Shown: piece after piece, positions 1 through 11,570 of the stretch
Numbering within the stretch: the first letter of the stretch is position 1
Layout of the letters: each line of letters begins with the position of its first letter
Source of the DNA: Octopus sinensis
Lineage: Eukaryota
Assembly (NCBI RefSeq): GCF_006345805.1
Contig: NC_043018.1
Span: forward strand, 20,274,001 to 20,338,000
Length of the DNA stretch: 64,000 nucleotides
Reading direction: 5' to 3'
Translations under genes and position numbers: made by a program
Notes under the pieces: model-generated
The model's input: the letters and a program-made list of their open reading frames with translations, nothing else
What the model was told of the DNA's origin: nothing
Database searches by the model: none

Positions 1-54
1 GAGAGGACGTTAGAGTTGCCTTGGCAGAGGTTTGCACTCTCTCAGTGCTCTTGG

Positions 55-358
55 TATTATATTTTATTGTCTTTGCTCAGCTTCTAACACTGGAGATGTA
101 CTATGCTGTCAGCTGTTCACTACCAGTGAACTAAGGTAACACCCCTTATTTTTCAAGCACCATCTTGATTATTCGAGCGGTTCTAAGCAGTGCTGTTTTC
201 TGCGAGTGCTCCACTCTTATTGCAGCCCCTATTTGTTCCGTGTACTTCTGAAGACTTTTACTCACTGTCCCCAGGGCTCTGACAATTATTGGTACTATTA
301 CCACCTTTTTCAGCAACCACAACTACTTAACCTCCCAATCTAACCTGTTATATCTATT
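55..358 (-). mobile_element. 3' fragment of an RLE-type non-LTR retrotransposon (HERO/R4/NeSL-like)
   Basis: Minus strand reads RYNRLDWEVK*LWLLKKVVIVPIIVRALGTVSKSLQKYTEQIGAAIRVEHSQKTALLRTARIIKMVLEK*, the typical C-terminus of restriction-like-endonuclease non-LTR ORFs. Confidence 0.75.
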
Positions 359-383
359 ATTATTATTATTATTGTTGTTATTA

Positions 384-600
384 AGGCAGCAAGCTGGCAG
401 AGTCGTTAGCACACCAGGAAAAATGCTTTCGTCTGCTGCTACTTTCTGAGTTTAAATTCTGCCACGGTCAACTTTGCCACTTATCCTTATGGGGTTGATA
501 AATTAAGTACCAGTTGCATACTGGGGTAATCTAATTGACTGGCTCCTTCCCCAAAAATTTCGGGCTTTGTGCCTAGAATAGAAATGATTATTATTATTAT
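384..600 (+). mobile_element. tRNA-derived SINE, family A (ATT-tailed variant)
   Basis: Head GGCAGCAAGCTGGCAGAGTCGTTAGC, B-box-like GAGTTTAAATTC, core GGGGTTGATAAATTAAGTACCAGT, (ATT)n tail; many copies in the window. Confidence 0.85.
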
Positions 601-1201
601 TATCGTTTCAATTCTGTTGGGAGACTCCCGTTTTTTTTTGTTGATTTTTTTTTTTATTTCATTTTTCTGCACATCAATAGCATCAGAAGAATGTGTTTAC
701 ATTCCTATTTAACCCACAGTAGGGCTTTGTAATATACATATAAATTTATCCCAGTATTTTTGATTGGTGCTGTGTTATGCATCTTTAGAAGCAGCCATCA
801 CCCAGAAACAAGAATTACTTGGTAACGTGTACCAAGCTATCAGTAACCGTTGTAAGTACCTGTAAAATCCAGTGCAGACATGGGGCTCTTCGTTAACCCC
901 CTTGCTCTTTGATCTCTGACCCAGCTGCACATCCAGAATGACAGCAGCTGGAGGGAGAGAAATAGAGTATCTTGCTCAAGGACACAATGTTACATCTAAT
1001 CCAGGAATTGAACCCTTGACATTATGACTGTCAACTGGACCGCCTTAACCACTAGGCGATGGCACTTTCAGACGTTGCACATCATATATGCGGGTGGGGA
1101 GGGAAGGAGGTTGGTTTGATTTTTGATTGATTGGATTTGATTGAACTTGGTTGCATTTCGTCATTCACTCATGATTTTTCGTTTTTCAAATTTATTTGCA
1201 G

Positions 1202-1301
1202 AGCAATAAAATTAGATTGTAATAATGCAGCCAGTCCTGACCGCTATGGACATTATAGAGAAGCAAAATATTGCCAAACTAAGCACCATTGGCTTTGGAA
1301 A
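1202..1301 (+). CDS. MGAT2: MGAT2 coding exon (first in window), AIKLDCNNAASPDRYGHYREAKYCQTKHHWLWK
   Basis: Acceptor tttatttgcag, donor gtaagt at 1302; matches human MGAT2 ALKLGCINAEYPDSFGHYREAKFSQTKHHWWWK as recalled. Confidence 0.95.
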
Positions 1302-1386
1302 GTAAGTAGAATTTGCCATTTCCATAAGACATTATTTTGTCACAGAAACAGTCTATGTTTTGTCCAATTGTTGATGTTCATCAGTA

Positions 1387-1412
1387 CGTGTGTGTGGTGT
1401 GTGTGTGTGTGT

Positions 1413-1471
<59 letters not shown>

Positions 1472-1839
1472 ATGTATGATATATGTATGTATGTATGATA
1501 TATGTATGTATGTATGTATTATATATGTATGTATGTATGTATTATATATGTATGTATGTATGTATGTATTATATATGTATGTATGTATTATATATGTATT
1601 ATGTATTATATATGTATTATGTATGTATGTATGTATGTATTATATATGTATGTATGTATGTATTATATATGTATGTATGTATGTATGTATTATATATGTA
1701 TGTATGTATGTATGTATTATATATTATATATGTATGTATGTATGTATTATATATGTATGTATGTATGATATATGTATGTATGTATGTATGATATATGTAT
1801 GTATGTATGATATATGTATGTATGTATGTATTATATATG

Positions 1840-1870
<31 letters not shown>

Positions 1871-2420
1871 TATATATGTATGTATGTATGTATTATATAT
1901 GTATGTATGTATGTATTATATATGTATGTATGTATATATGTATGTATATATGTATGTATATATGTGTACATATGTATTTACGTATATATGTATGTATGTA
2001 TGTATATATGTATGTATATATGTATGTATGTATGTATTATATATGTATGTATGTATGTATTATGTATGTATATATGTATGTATGTATATATGTGTACATA
2101 TGTATTTACGTATATATGTATGTATGTATGTATATATGTATGTATATATGTATGTATGTATATATGTATGTATGTATATATGTATGTGTGTATATATATA
2201 TATATGTATATATGTATGTGTGTATATATATATATATGTATGTATGTATGTATGTATATATGTATGTATGTATATATATGTATGTATGTATATATATGTA
2301 TGTATGTATATATATGTGTGTGTATGTATGTGTATGTATGTATGTATATATGTATGTATATATGTATTTACGTATATATGTATGTATATATATTCATGTA
2401 TATATGTATTTATTTATATG
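1387..2420. repeat. About 1 kb compound microsatellite, (GT)n then (TATG)n/(TATTATATATG)n
   Basis: Seen directly; it produces the spurious MYVC-repeat ORFs. Confidence 0.95.
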
Positions 2421-2781
2421 TGAATGTATATCTTAATGTTTTTTTTTTTTATGTGAAGTTATAAATAAAAATAATTTAGAAATCACTTTTACTATTTTCC
2501 TTCTAAGAATATAACACACACACACATACACGCACACATGTGTGTGTGTATATCATGCTGGTGCCATGTTAAAAACGCTGGCACAGGTGCCATATAAAAA
2601 TCACCCAGTACGCTCTATGGAGTGATTGGCCTTAGGAAGGGCATGCTGTCATAGAAACCATGCCAGAGCATACAATGGGGCCTGGTGCAGCCCCTGACCC
2701 TGCCAGCTCTGGTCAAACTGTTCAACCCAAGCAGACCGAGTGAAGATTTGAATAGCTAATGGGAACCAGTATTAAGGAAGG

Positions 2782-3013
2782 CGGGGCAAGCTGGCAGAAT
2801 CGGTAGCGCGCTGGGCAAAATGCTTAGCGGTATTTCGTCTGCCGCTACGTTCTGAGTTCAAATCCCACTGAGGTCCACTTTGCCTTTCATTCTTTCGGGG
2901 TCGATTAAATAAGTACCAATTACGCACTGGTGTCGATATAATCGACTTAATCTGTTTGTCTGTCTTTGTTTGTCCCCTCTGTGTTTAGCCCCTTGTGGGT
3001 AGTAAAGAAATAG
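2782..3013 (+). mobile_element. Full-length family A SINE with 13-bp target-site duplication
   Basis: GTATTAAGGAAGG at 2769-2781 and 3014-3026 flank head, core and GTAAAGAAATA tail. Confidence 0.9.
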
Positions 3014-3078
3014 GTATTAAGGAAGGATAGGAAAATATTTGATTTATAAGCCCTAAAATCCACTCCATTATTGTCCAT

Positions 3079-3180
3079 GGGCATATGGCATAGTGGTTAA
3101 GAGCGTGGGCTACTAACCCCAAGATTCCAAGTTCGATTCCAGGCAGTGACCTGAATAATAACAATAATAATAATAACATC
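3079..3180 (+). mobile_element. Short monomeric tRNA-derived repeat or tRNA pseudogene with (AAT)n tail
   Basis: GGGCATATGGCATAGTGGTTAAGAGC (A-box) ... AAGTTCGATTCC (B-box), then an AAT tail; acceptor stem does not pair well, so not called a tRNA gene. Confidence 0.6.
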
Positions 3181-3452
3181 AAAAAATACCTTATGTATAT
3201 ACTTTGCTTTTTGTGTTTTGGGGAGAATAACCTTAAATCGCAGTCAAGTGCTGGGGTTGATGGTATCCAGTAAACCACACTACCTTCAAAATTGCTGGCC
3301 TTGATCCTAAATCAGAAACCATTATGTGTGAGTGAGTGTGTGTGTGAGTATCTGCACATGTGTGTGTGTGTGTGTGCATATACATGCCATCATCATCATG
3401 TGTTTCATTAAATTGAAATTAAAGTCAAGCTTGTTTTTTTCCTTCTTTTCAG

Positions 3453-3583
3453 TTATCTTTTGTATTTGAGGAAATCCGAGTGATGAAGAACTACGAAGGA
3501 ATAGTATTACTTCTAGAAGAGGATTATTATGTATCAGAAGACACAATCACCGTGTTACAGATGTTACAAAACCTCAGGAAAAA
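3453..3583 (+). CDS. MGAT2: MGAT2 coding exon with the EED metal-binding motif, LSFVFEEIRVMKNYEGIVLLLEEDYYVSEDTITVLQMLQNLRK
   Basis: Acceptor ccttcttttcag; phase-2 donor gtcagt at 3584 is the one in frame with the next exon; matches human LHFVWERVKILRDYAGLILFLEEDHYLAPD. Confidence 0.93.
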
Positions 3584-3738
3584 GTCAGTGAATTCTCATA
3601 TTCTGTTTGTTCTTTAATGTCTCCCACCTCAGCCTTCATTGCCTTCTCTCTTACAGGTATTGGATATTACGTTAACCAAGATGGTTCCCTGTATTGGTCA
3701 TTCCTCTAGCATCTTCCAGAGCCACTGGCATGTCCAAA

Positions 3739-4117
3739 TCTTCTTTATATATAAAAGTGAAGTTGTGTGTCTGTCTCCTACGATTTAGATTCCTAACTAC
3801 TCCCACATTTTGCGGTGCAGTTTAACCAAAACCGGGTATCTTATAGTCGAGCCCTTCTGGGTATTAGTGCGCGTCTACGATGAGTCTACAATTTTAAAAA
3901 AAAATTTACCATCATTTTTTCCATTTTAATGCATTTTTTCACTATTATATAAGGGAAGTAACTCTCTAAAAATGTCTACGATGAGTCAACGATTTAAAAA
4001 AAAATTTACCATCATTTTTTCCCCATTTTTAATGCATTTTTTTGCTATTTTTTGGCTATAACTCTCTATATAGTTATTTCCCTTACAAACCCGAGCAACG
4101 CCGGGCGATACTGCTAG
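3739..4117 (+). mobile_element. Non-autonomous Helitron-like element
   Basis: 5' A|TC start, 3' hairpin CCCGAGCAACGCCGGG followed by CTAG|T, no TSD; close copy at 46664-47067. Confidence 0.8.
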
Positions 4118-4330
4118 TGATTAATAAGAAGCTTGTTTTGATGTCTTGTGCTCCTACATTTCACACCCTGTAATAACAGCGCTTTGGCTTTTTTGCTGAA
4201 CCATGACACACAGATCTTAGCTGCAGTGAAATTACGGTTATTTGAGCTGCTAAAAATAACTGCCAATTCATACCATGCTAATGAAGAACTGTTTATGTGG
4301 TTGCTTGATATGTTAAAAACAGCACTAAAA

Positions 4331-4462
4331 GGATTCGAGCGAGGTCGTTGCCAGTACCGCCTGACTGGCCCCTGTGCCGGTGGCACGTAAAAAGCACCCA
4401 CTACACTCTTGGAGTGGTTGGCGTTAGGAAGGGCATGTGTTAGATGGTTTTGTTAGAGTGGC

Positions 4463-4508
<46 letters not shown>

Positions 4509-4930
4509 ATATAATAATAATATATAGTCTGTTGACTAAATTTTCTATACACTCGGCCACTGGTAGTAGAAATTTCTAAAATTTTTATTACCCTCATATT
4601 ATTAATTATATATATATATATATTTATAACCATTCGAGTGTGATTGTACCAAAGTCGCCTTACTGGCACCTGTGCTGGTGGCATGTGTAAAATGATTCGA
4701 ACGAGGTCGTTGCCAGTACCGCCTGACTGGCCCCCGTGCCAGTGGCATGTAAAAAGCACCCACTACACTCTTGGAGTGGTTGGCGTTAGGAAGGGCATCC
4801 AGCTGTAGAAACTCTGCCAAATCAAGATTGAAGCCTGGTGCAGCCATCTGGTTCCCCAGTCCTCAGTCAAAAACGTCCAACCCATGCTAGCATGGAAAGC
4901 GGATGTTAAACAATGAAGATGATGATGAGC
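4331..4930 (+). mobile_element. RTE-LINE 3' tail (family C) with about 105 bp duplicated around an AT-rich insert
   Basis: 4331-4436 is repeated at 4694-4799; ends ...CATGGAAAGCGGATGTTAAA plus (GAT)n. Confidence 0.75.
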
Positions 4931-5265
4931 AGTCTAATGCAGGAGCTTCTACTTACATGATCAATCAGCTAGAAGGAGCAGCCAAAACTACTTGAAATCA
5001 CTTCCTCCTATTATATCAAAACAGAAATATGAATTACTGGTTAAAGCAGTCCCAAATAGTCTGACGGAAGTTTTTTGGTGACAGGAAATGTGATGGTCAA
5101 GACTGGAATGCCTTTGGCCGTGGGTTTACTCAATCAGGGCTAACCTCAAGCTAAACAACTCAACAGATCGTTGTATGTGAAACTGGGTGGACAATGAAGA
5201 CCTATCTCCGTATTCTTTTCTTCATTTAACTGGATATAAGCTATATGCTTAATATACACCTATTG

Positions 5266-5640
5266 CACTATCCGAATCGTGGCCGATGCCAGCGCCGCCT
5301 CGACTGGCTTCCGTGTCGGTGGCACGTAAAAAGCACCATCCGAATCGTGGCCGAAGCCAGTGCCGCCTCGACTGGCCCCCCGTGCCGGTGGCACGTAAAA
5401 TACACCAATCCGACCGTGGCCGATGCCAGCCTCGCCCAGCACCAGTGCAGGTGGCACGTAAAAAGCACCCACTACACTCACGGAGTGGTTGGCGTTAGGA
5501 AGGGCATCCAGCTGTAGAAACATTGCCAGATAAGACCAGAGCCTGTTGCAGCCTTCTGCCTTCCCAGATCCCCGGTCGAACCGTCCAACCCATGCTAGCA
5601 TGGAGAAAGGACGTTAAATGATGATTATGATGATGATGAT
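5266..5640 (+). mobile_element. RTE-LINE 3' tail (family C) carrying three ~60-bp internal units
   Basis: Same tail as the RTE at 53293-55088; close sister copy at 13683-14055. Confidence 0.85.
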
Positions 5641-5650
5641 GATGCACATT

Positions 5651-5690
<40 letters not shown>

Positions 5691-6344
5691 CAGCGGTTTT
5701 CATTTAACAGAGTGTGTTTCAAGGTGGGATTTAAAAGTTATTTCTAACAGGTTGCCCAACCTGTTGTCTGCAGACCTGTACTATGTGGGGACAGGTGGTG
5801 GTAGGGGTAAGGGCTTGATGGTCAGTGAGCTGTGTTCGAAATTCTAAAAGGCTCCAATGCTTTTCATGTAATTACTCAGTTACTCGTATAACTTTTAATT
5901 GAGAGATGAAACTGGAGGTAATTGTTTGTTTCTGTTAATTGATAAAACTGGTTTATTGAATGAATAGACTTTTCAAAAGATTAGGGTCTGTGTGGTGGGG
6001 GAGGAGGTGTTGGGGGAAAATTCATTTGAATCTAAAAAGGGGGTTTTGGGTAGTGAAAATGTTGGCGGGGTCACTGATGTTGAAGGTCCTTTGTTGGCTT
6101 CAGTAAGTGCAGTTATTCAAGATGGTGTGGCTATTGCTGTTGGAACTGGTGGCAGCTGTTGGTGCTGCTGTCGCTGCTGTAGTGTGGCAGTTGCTGCTTG
6201 TTTGTTTGTTGAGCGAAGCAGTCTTTGTCCCATTAGTGGGAGAAGTCTGAAATGTGGTCCTTTGCTATTCGTAAGACCCGCAGAAGAGAAAGCAGGTCAA
6301 CCCCCGACACCGAGAGCATCGACGGATGGATAAATGCGCATCCA

Positions 6345-6570
6345 GGCTCAGTGGTTGCGTAGGAAGTCGGGGACAAGAAACAGGAAGAAAGAGTGAGAGA
6401 AAGTTGGAGTGAAAGAGTACAACTGGGGTTGCCACCACCCCCTGCTGGAACCTCATGGAACTTTTGGTGTTTTTGCTCAATAAACACACACAACGCCCGG
6501 TCTGGGAATCGAAACTGCAATACTCCGACTGCGAGTCCGCTGCCCTAACCACCGGGCCATTGCGCCTCCA
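6345..6570 (-). mobile_element. Partial tRNA-derived SINE, family D
   Basis: Head GGAGGCGCAATGGCCCGGTGGTTAGGGCAGCGGACTCGC...TTTCGATTCCCAGACCGGG; longer copy at 50755-51130. Confidence 0.75.
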
Positions 6571-7574
6571 CTGCTGCTGCTGCCGGTGACAGTGATGGTT
6601 GCCGCATACATCAATACCAGACCAACTGATGCCTTGTGAGAGAATTTGATAGACAGAAACCGCATGGAAGGCCATCATGTGTGTATGTGAGGTGTGGGTT
6701 GTGGTTCCCTCACCACCACTTGTCAACTGGTGCTGGTTTGTTTACATCCACCTTAACTTAACAGTTCAGCAAAAGAGATTGGTAGAATAAGTGTCGGACT
6801 TAACAACTTAAAATTCTGAGGTCAGTTTATTTGATTAAACCTTTCATGCTGCATGGCCACAGTCCAATGACTGAAAAAAGTAAAAGATAAAAGATACATG
6901 TACAGGCAAACCACATGGTTCTGGGTTCAGTCCCACTGTATGGCACCTTGGGCAAGTGTCTTGTACTATAGCCTCAGGCTGAACAAAACCTTGCAAGTGG
7001 ATTTGGTGGATGGAAATTGAAAGAAGCCCATCATGTTGGTATGTTTACATCTCTGTAACTTAGCAGTTCAGCAAAAGAGATCAACAGAATAAGTACTAGG
7101 CTTAAAAAACACAATTCCTGGGATTGATTTCTTTGACTAAAACCCTTCAAGGTGGTGCTCTAGCATGGCCACAGTCAAATACCTGAAACAATTAAAACAA
7201 TAAAAGAAAGGCTTGAGCAAGCCCTTGCATATTTATTGATTGAATTGACCCCAGTATATGACCAGTACTCATACCATTGACCCCTTTGAGTTGATTCTGC
7301 TAGGGATTTTGTCTAGAATTCTAAAATTGTCGGCACTCTCCATAATAGTTTCTGATTTTGGCACAAGGTCAGTGATTTTCCGTGGTGAGGATTGGCCAAT
7401 GCCACTCTCTATAAGAAATGTCTCTTTGCATCACTTACTCCAGAATGGCATTCCTTTTATCCTTAATCATTCAAACCGACCATAGCCAACCAAAATATTC
7501 TGCTTCTTTTATGTTCAAACTGGCTGGATCCGACTTTTCACGCCTACCCTACAATGTGACAGTAAAAATGAACA

Positions 7575-7880
7575 ATCATCATCGTTTAACATCCGTTCTC
7601 CATGCTACCATGGGTTGGATGGTTCGACCGGGGATCTGGGAAGCCAGAAGGCTGCACCAGGCTCCAGTCTTATCTGGCAGTGTTTCTACAAATGGATGCC
7701 CTTCCTAACGCCAACCACTTCGTGAGTGTAGTGGGTGTTTTTAACGTGCCACCTGCACAGGTGCCAGGCGAGGCTGGCAACGGCCACGGTCGGATTGGTG
7801 TATTTTACGTGCCACCGGCACGGAAGCCAGTTGAGGCGGCGCTGGCATCGGCCACGAGTCGGATTGTGCTTTTTTATGTA
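7575..7880 (-). mobile_element. RTE-LINE 3' tail (family C)
   Basis: Reverse complement of the family C tail and internal units. Confidence 0.8.
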
Positions 7881-8149
7881 CCACCAGATTGTTAAAATCT
7901 CCAGAGCTCTGAGATAATGTATGATTATTTCAAAACAATGTGGATAAATAAGGATTAGATCTGACTGAGTAATCCAAGTAATTTAATGTTAATACTTACC
8001 CAACTCAGTGTAGATTCTGTCCATGAAGTCTGTTACTGTGCTGGAGGAATGAACCAGTTCTGTTGCATATCACTTACAGGGCGACCTGCTGTGCTCGAGG
8101 AAACCTATTGAGTCAAGTATGTCAACATCGAAATAAAAATCAAATGGAA

Positions 8150-8520
8150 ATTGTAGTTGTGATACCCGTGCCAGTGGCATGTAAAAGGTGCCATCTTAAT
8201 GTGACCGATGCCAGCGCCATCCAAACGTGACCGATGCCAGCGCCACCTTGACTGGTGTCTGTGCCGGTGACATGTAAAAGCACCAACTGATCGTGGTTAT
8301 TTGCCAGCCTCCTCTGGCCCCTGTGCTGGTGGCACGTAAAAAAGCACCCACTACACTCACGGAGTGGTTGACATTAGGAAGGGCATCCAGCTGTAGAAAC
8401 ACTGCCAGATCAGACTGCAGCCTGGTGCAGCCCCCTGGCTTCCCAGACCCCGGTTGAACCGTCCAACCCATGCCAGCATGGAAAACGGACGTTAAACGAT
8501 GATGATGATGATGATGATGA
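8150..8520 (+). mobile_element. RTE-LINE 3' tail (family C)
   Basis: Internal units, GGAAGGGCATCCAGCTGTAGAAAC block and (GAT)n tail. Confidence 0.8.
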
Positions 8521-9712
8521 AATCAGAAAAATTAACAAACTTCATTAATTTATTAGATACATCAAGTTATGAAAATGTTCAGTTTTGCACTTAGCGACGA
8601 ATGATTACAACTGCTTGTAATAATTACATGTTAAAACCCTCAACGAAGCCAGATAACAGGATTATGAATATTGAAGATTAAATATCTGAGAGAATATTTA
8701 AGTGTTATCTAATGCTTAAAGTAGATTTATTGCTTGCTAAACGATTACTTTCAAATCCAATGAAGACAGTTGCTTGACTCAAGGAACAAGACTTCATTAA
8801 ATCATAATTGTCTTAAAGTGTTTTCTGGCACCACTCTGCAATTAATCCAGCTTGGTAAACCTAGTTTATTGTCTATTTATGGCCACTGTAAACTAATAAA
8901 ATATTTTGCATCATCTGAACGAAGTATTTATCGGTTTATGTGTCTTCCAGTCTTTTCATCTATAATTTGTGGCAATTTCAGAAATGTGGAAGTAATGGGT
9001 CTTTCACTGACGCAGGCTTCCCTACACCATATTTTGTCCAGTGGAATTAATTCTTTCGTTAATGAGGGGTGGTGGTAGGGGTGAGGATTAGCTTTGGTTT
9101 CCATAGCGTTAATTAGATAAGTAGATAAGAACTACAAGTCTCTCTTGGCTTGGACACTGGCCTGTTTACGAGAAGAGCCTCTCTCAGATAGTGATACCCA
9201 GTGATGCATCTGTACATATGTGGCTAAGTATAGGGATTAAAAAGTTCATTTGGCAACCATGTAGTTTCAGGTTCAGTCCTTCTGCACGGTACCTTGGACA
9301 AGTATCTTCTACTATAGCCCCAGGCCAACCAAAACCATGTGAGACAGAAACTGTATGGAAGACAGAAACTGTGTGGAAGCCTGTCAAGTATGTGTGTATA
9401 TAAGTGTGGGGAGGGGAATGTTTGTGGTGTCTCTTACCACTATGTCTCAGCTGGTGTTGGTTTGTTCACATCCCCTTAACTTAGCAGTTCAGTGAAAGAG
9501 ATTGGTAGAATAAGTGTCAGACAAAATGCTTAGAAGCATTTATGTTCAGAGTTCAAATTCCAACAAGATCGTCTTTGTCTTTCATCCTTTCAGGGTATTA
9601 AAAAAAAAAAGTTACATTCTAAGGTTGATATAATCAACTTACCCCCTCCCCTCTCCTGAAATTGCTGATCCTGTGCCAAAATTTGAAACCAATATTTCAG
9701 GATATCAACATA

Positions 9713-10375
9713 GGCGCAGGAGTGGCTGTGTGGTAAGTAGCTTGCTAACCAACCACATGGTTCCGGGTTCAGTCCCACTGCATGGCACCTTGGACAAGTG
9801 TCTTCTGCTATAGCCTCAGGCCGACCGATGCCTTGTGAGTGGATTTGGTAGACGGAAACTGAAAGAGGCCTGCCGTATATATGTATATATATGTATGTGC
9901 CAGTGGCACTTAAAAAGCACCATCCGATCGTGGCCGTGTGCCAGTCTCATCTGGCACCTGTGCCGGTGGCATGTAAAAAGCACCCACTACACTCATGGAG
10001 TGGTTGGTGTTAGGAGGGCATCCAGCCGTAGAAACATTGCCAGATCAGACTGGGCCTGGTGCAGCTTTCTGGCTTCCCAGACCCCAGTTGAACCGTCCAA
10101 CCCATGCCAGCATGGAGAACGGACGCTAAACGATGATGATGATGATGATGATGTATGTGTATGTTTGTGCGTCTGTGTTTGTCCCCCTAGTATTGCTTGA
10201 CAACCGATGCTGGTGTGTTTACGTCCCCGTCACTTAGCGGTTCGGTAAAAGAGACCGATAGAATAAGTACTGGGCTTACAAAGAATAAGTCCTGGTGTTG
10301 ATTTGTTCGACTAAAGGTGGTGCTCCAGCATGGCCGCAGTCAAATGACTGAAACAAGTAAAAGAGTAAAAGAGAG
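9713..10375 (+). mobile_element. Family B SINE (tRNA head, CORE-like block) with a family C tail nested in its internal microsatellite
   Basis: GGCGCAGGAGTGGCTGTGTGGTAAG head, CCTTGGACAAGTGTCTT block, family C insert at about 9900-10150, 3' module ending GTAAAAGAG. Confidence 0.85.
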
Positions 10376-11300
10376 AGTATATGAACAGGTGCCTCTTGAT
10401 ACTGATTTCCATTGCTCCTGCATAGCAATCCTGATTCTACCATTCACATCTTTTGTTCCACAAATATTGTCTCTAACTTACTCTTTTAATTCCTCAATCT
10501 ATGACAATATCCTTCACGCAGCCGTTGAGAAATCTTATTTAGATAAGATTTCAACCTGATTAGTGATTCTTGTACCCAAATATTTAGAGAAGCATAGGGT
10601 GGAGTTAAATGTGATTAGAATCTTTTGAGCTTTTCTTCTGAAGTTATTTCAGAAAGTTTGATAAAAAAAAATTCCTTGGCTCCTTCCTGACTGCTTACTT
10701 AAACCGAGAGATAAATGTATAATTTAACGATAAAACTGCAGAAAATGGCAGTACAGTAAACTGCGTAAAAATACTTGCTGGCTGATATCAGCGCTTGGTA
10801 ATAGGAAACTAATTTTTGAAAAGAAATAAAATACGACCCAATTATTGGGAAATGATGCCAGTCAACTTGGGAGCCAAACTGGTGATAAAAAAAATCAGGA
10901 CCTTAAATCAAATATTTTTTTTTGTTTATTTTTGAAATATAGGAATGTTTGCCCCTATCGACACAGCTGATATGTAGCCATTTGATCTGCTAAAAATAGC
11001 AACCAATCTCCTGCAAATCGACAACCTGCTATCTTAAGAAAAAAAAAAGACGAAAGGATATATGAGATAAAATGGAAGGATACATTTGATAAAAAAAGGA
11101 TACATCTGATAATAAAGATTGTATACAAAGGAAGGATATAGATAAAAGGATATACAGAGGAAGGATATAGATAAAAAGGAAGAACACAGATCAAAAGGAA
11201 GGATGTATAGGATAAAATGGAAGGATACATTATGAAAAGGAAGGACGTATTAGATGATGTAGTTGTAGATAATGTAGCTATATATATATATATATATATA

Positions 11301-11550
11301 CTTTATTTTAAGCAGCAGAAAATTCAACAAAATCTGTTACTCTGAGTTTCTCATTGCCGTTCATCAGACAGTTTTTGCTAGAATGGAATTGATATATCAG
11401 TTCCATTCTAGCAAAAACTGTCTGATGAACGGCAACGAGAAACTCAGAGTAACAGATTTTGTTGAGTTTTCTGCTGCTTTAAATAAAGCATATTACTCTA
11501 CCACTGGTATTTGAGTACTCTTTTTTCCACCTTGTTTCACATTTATGTGT
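11301..11550. mobile_element. Fold-back element, probably Penelope-like relic, with 94-bp arms
   Basis: 11301-11394 pairs with 11395-11488 with about 4 mismatches; an internally deleted relative lies at about 38626-38711. Confidence 0.65.
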
Positions 11551-11570
11551 TTACTCCGGTATATATATAT

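Noticed and set aside
1131-2464. 430-aa ORF and overlapping MYVC-repeat ORFs
   Set aside because: Only 1202-1301 is a real exon; the rest is read-through into a TATG/GT microsatellite that lacks stops in some frames.
3079-3153. Functional tRNA gene
   Set aside because: Poor acceptor stem and an AAT tail indicate a retroposed tRNA-like repeat; the other A/B-box hits are SINE heads.
5270-5470. CRISPR-like repeat-spacer pattern (GTGGCACGTAAAAAGCACC every ~60 bp)
   Set aside because: The spacers are related to each other, the array is part of an RTE 3' UTR with many dispersed copies, there are no cas genes, and the DNA is eukaryotic.
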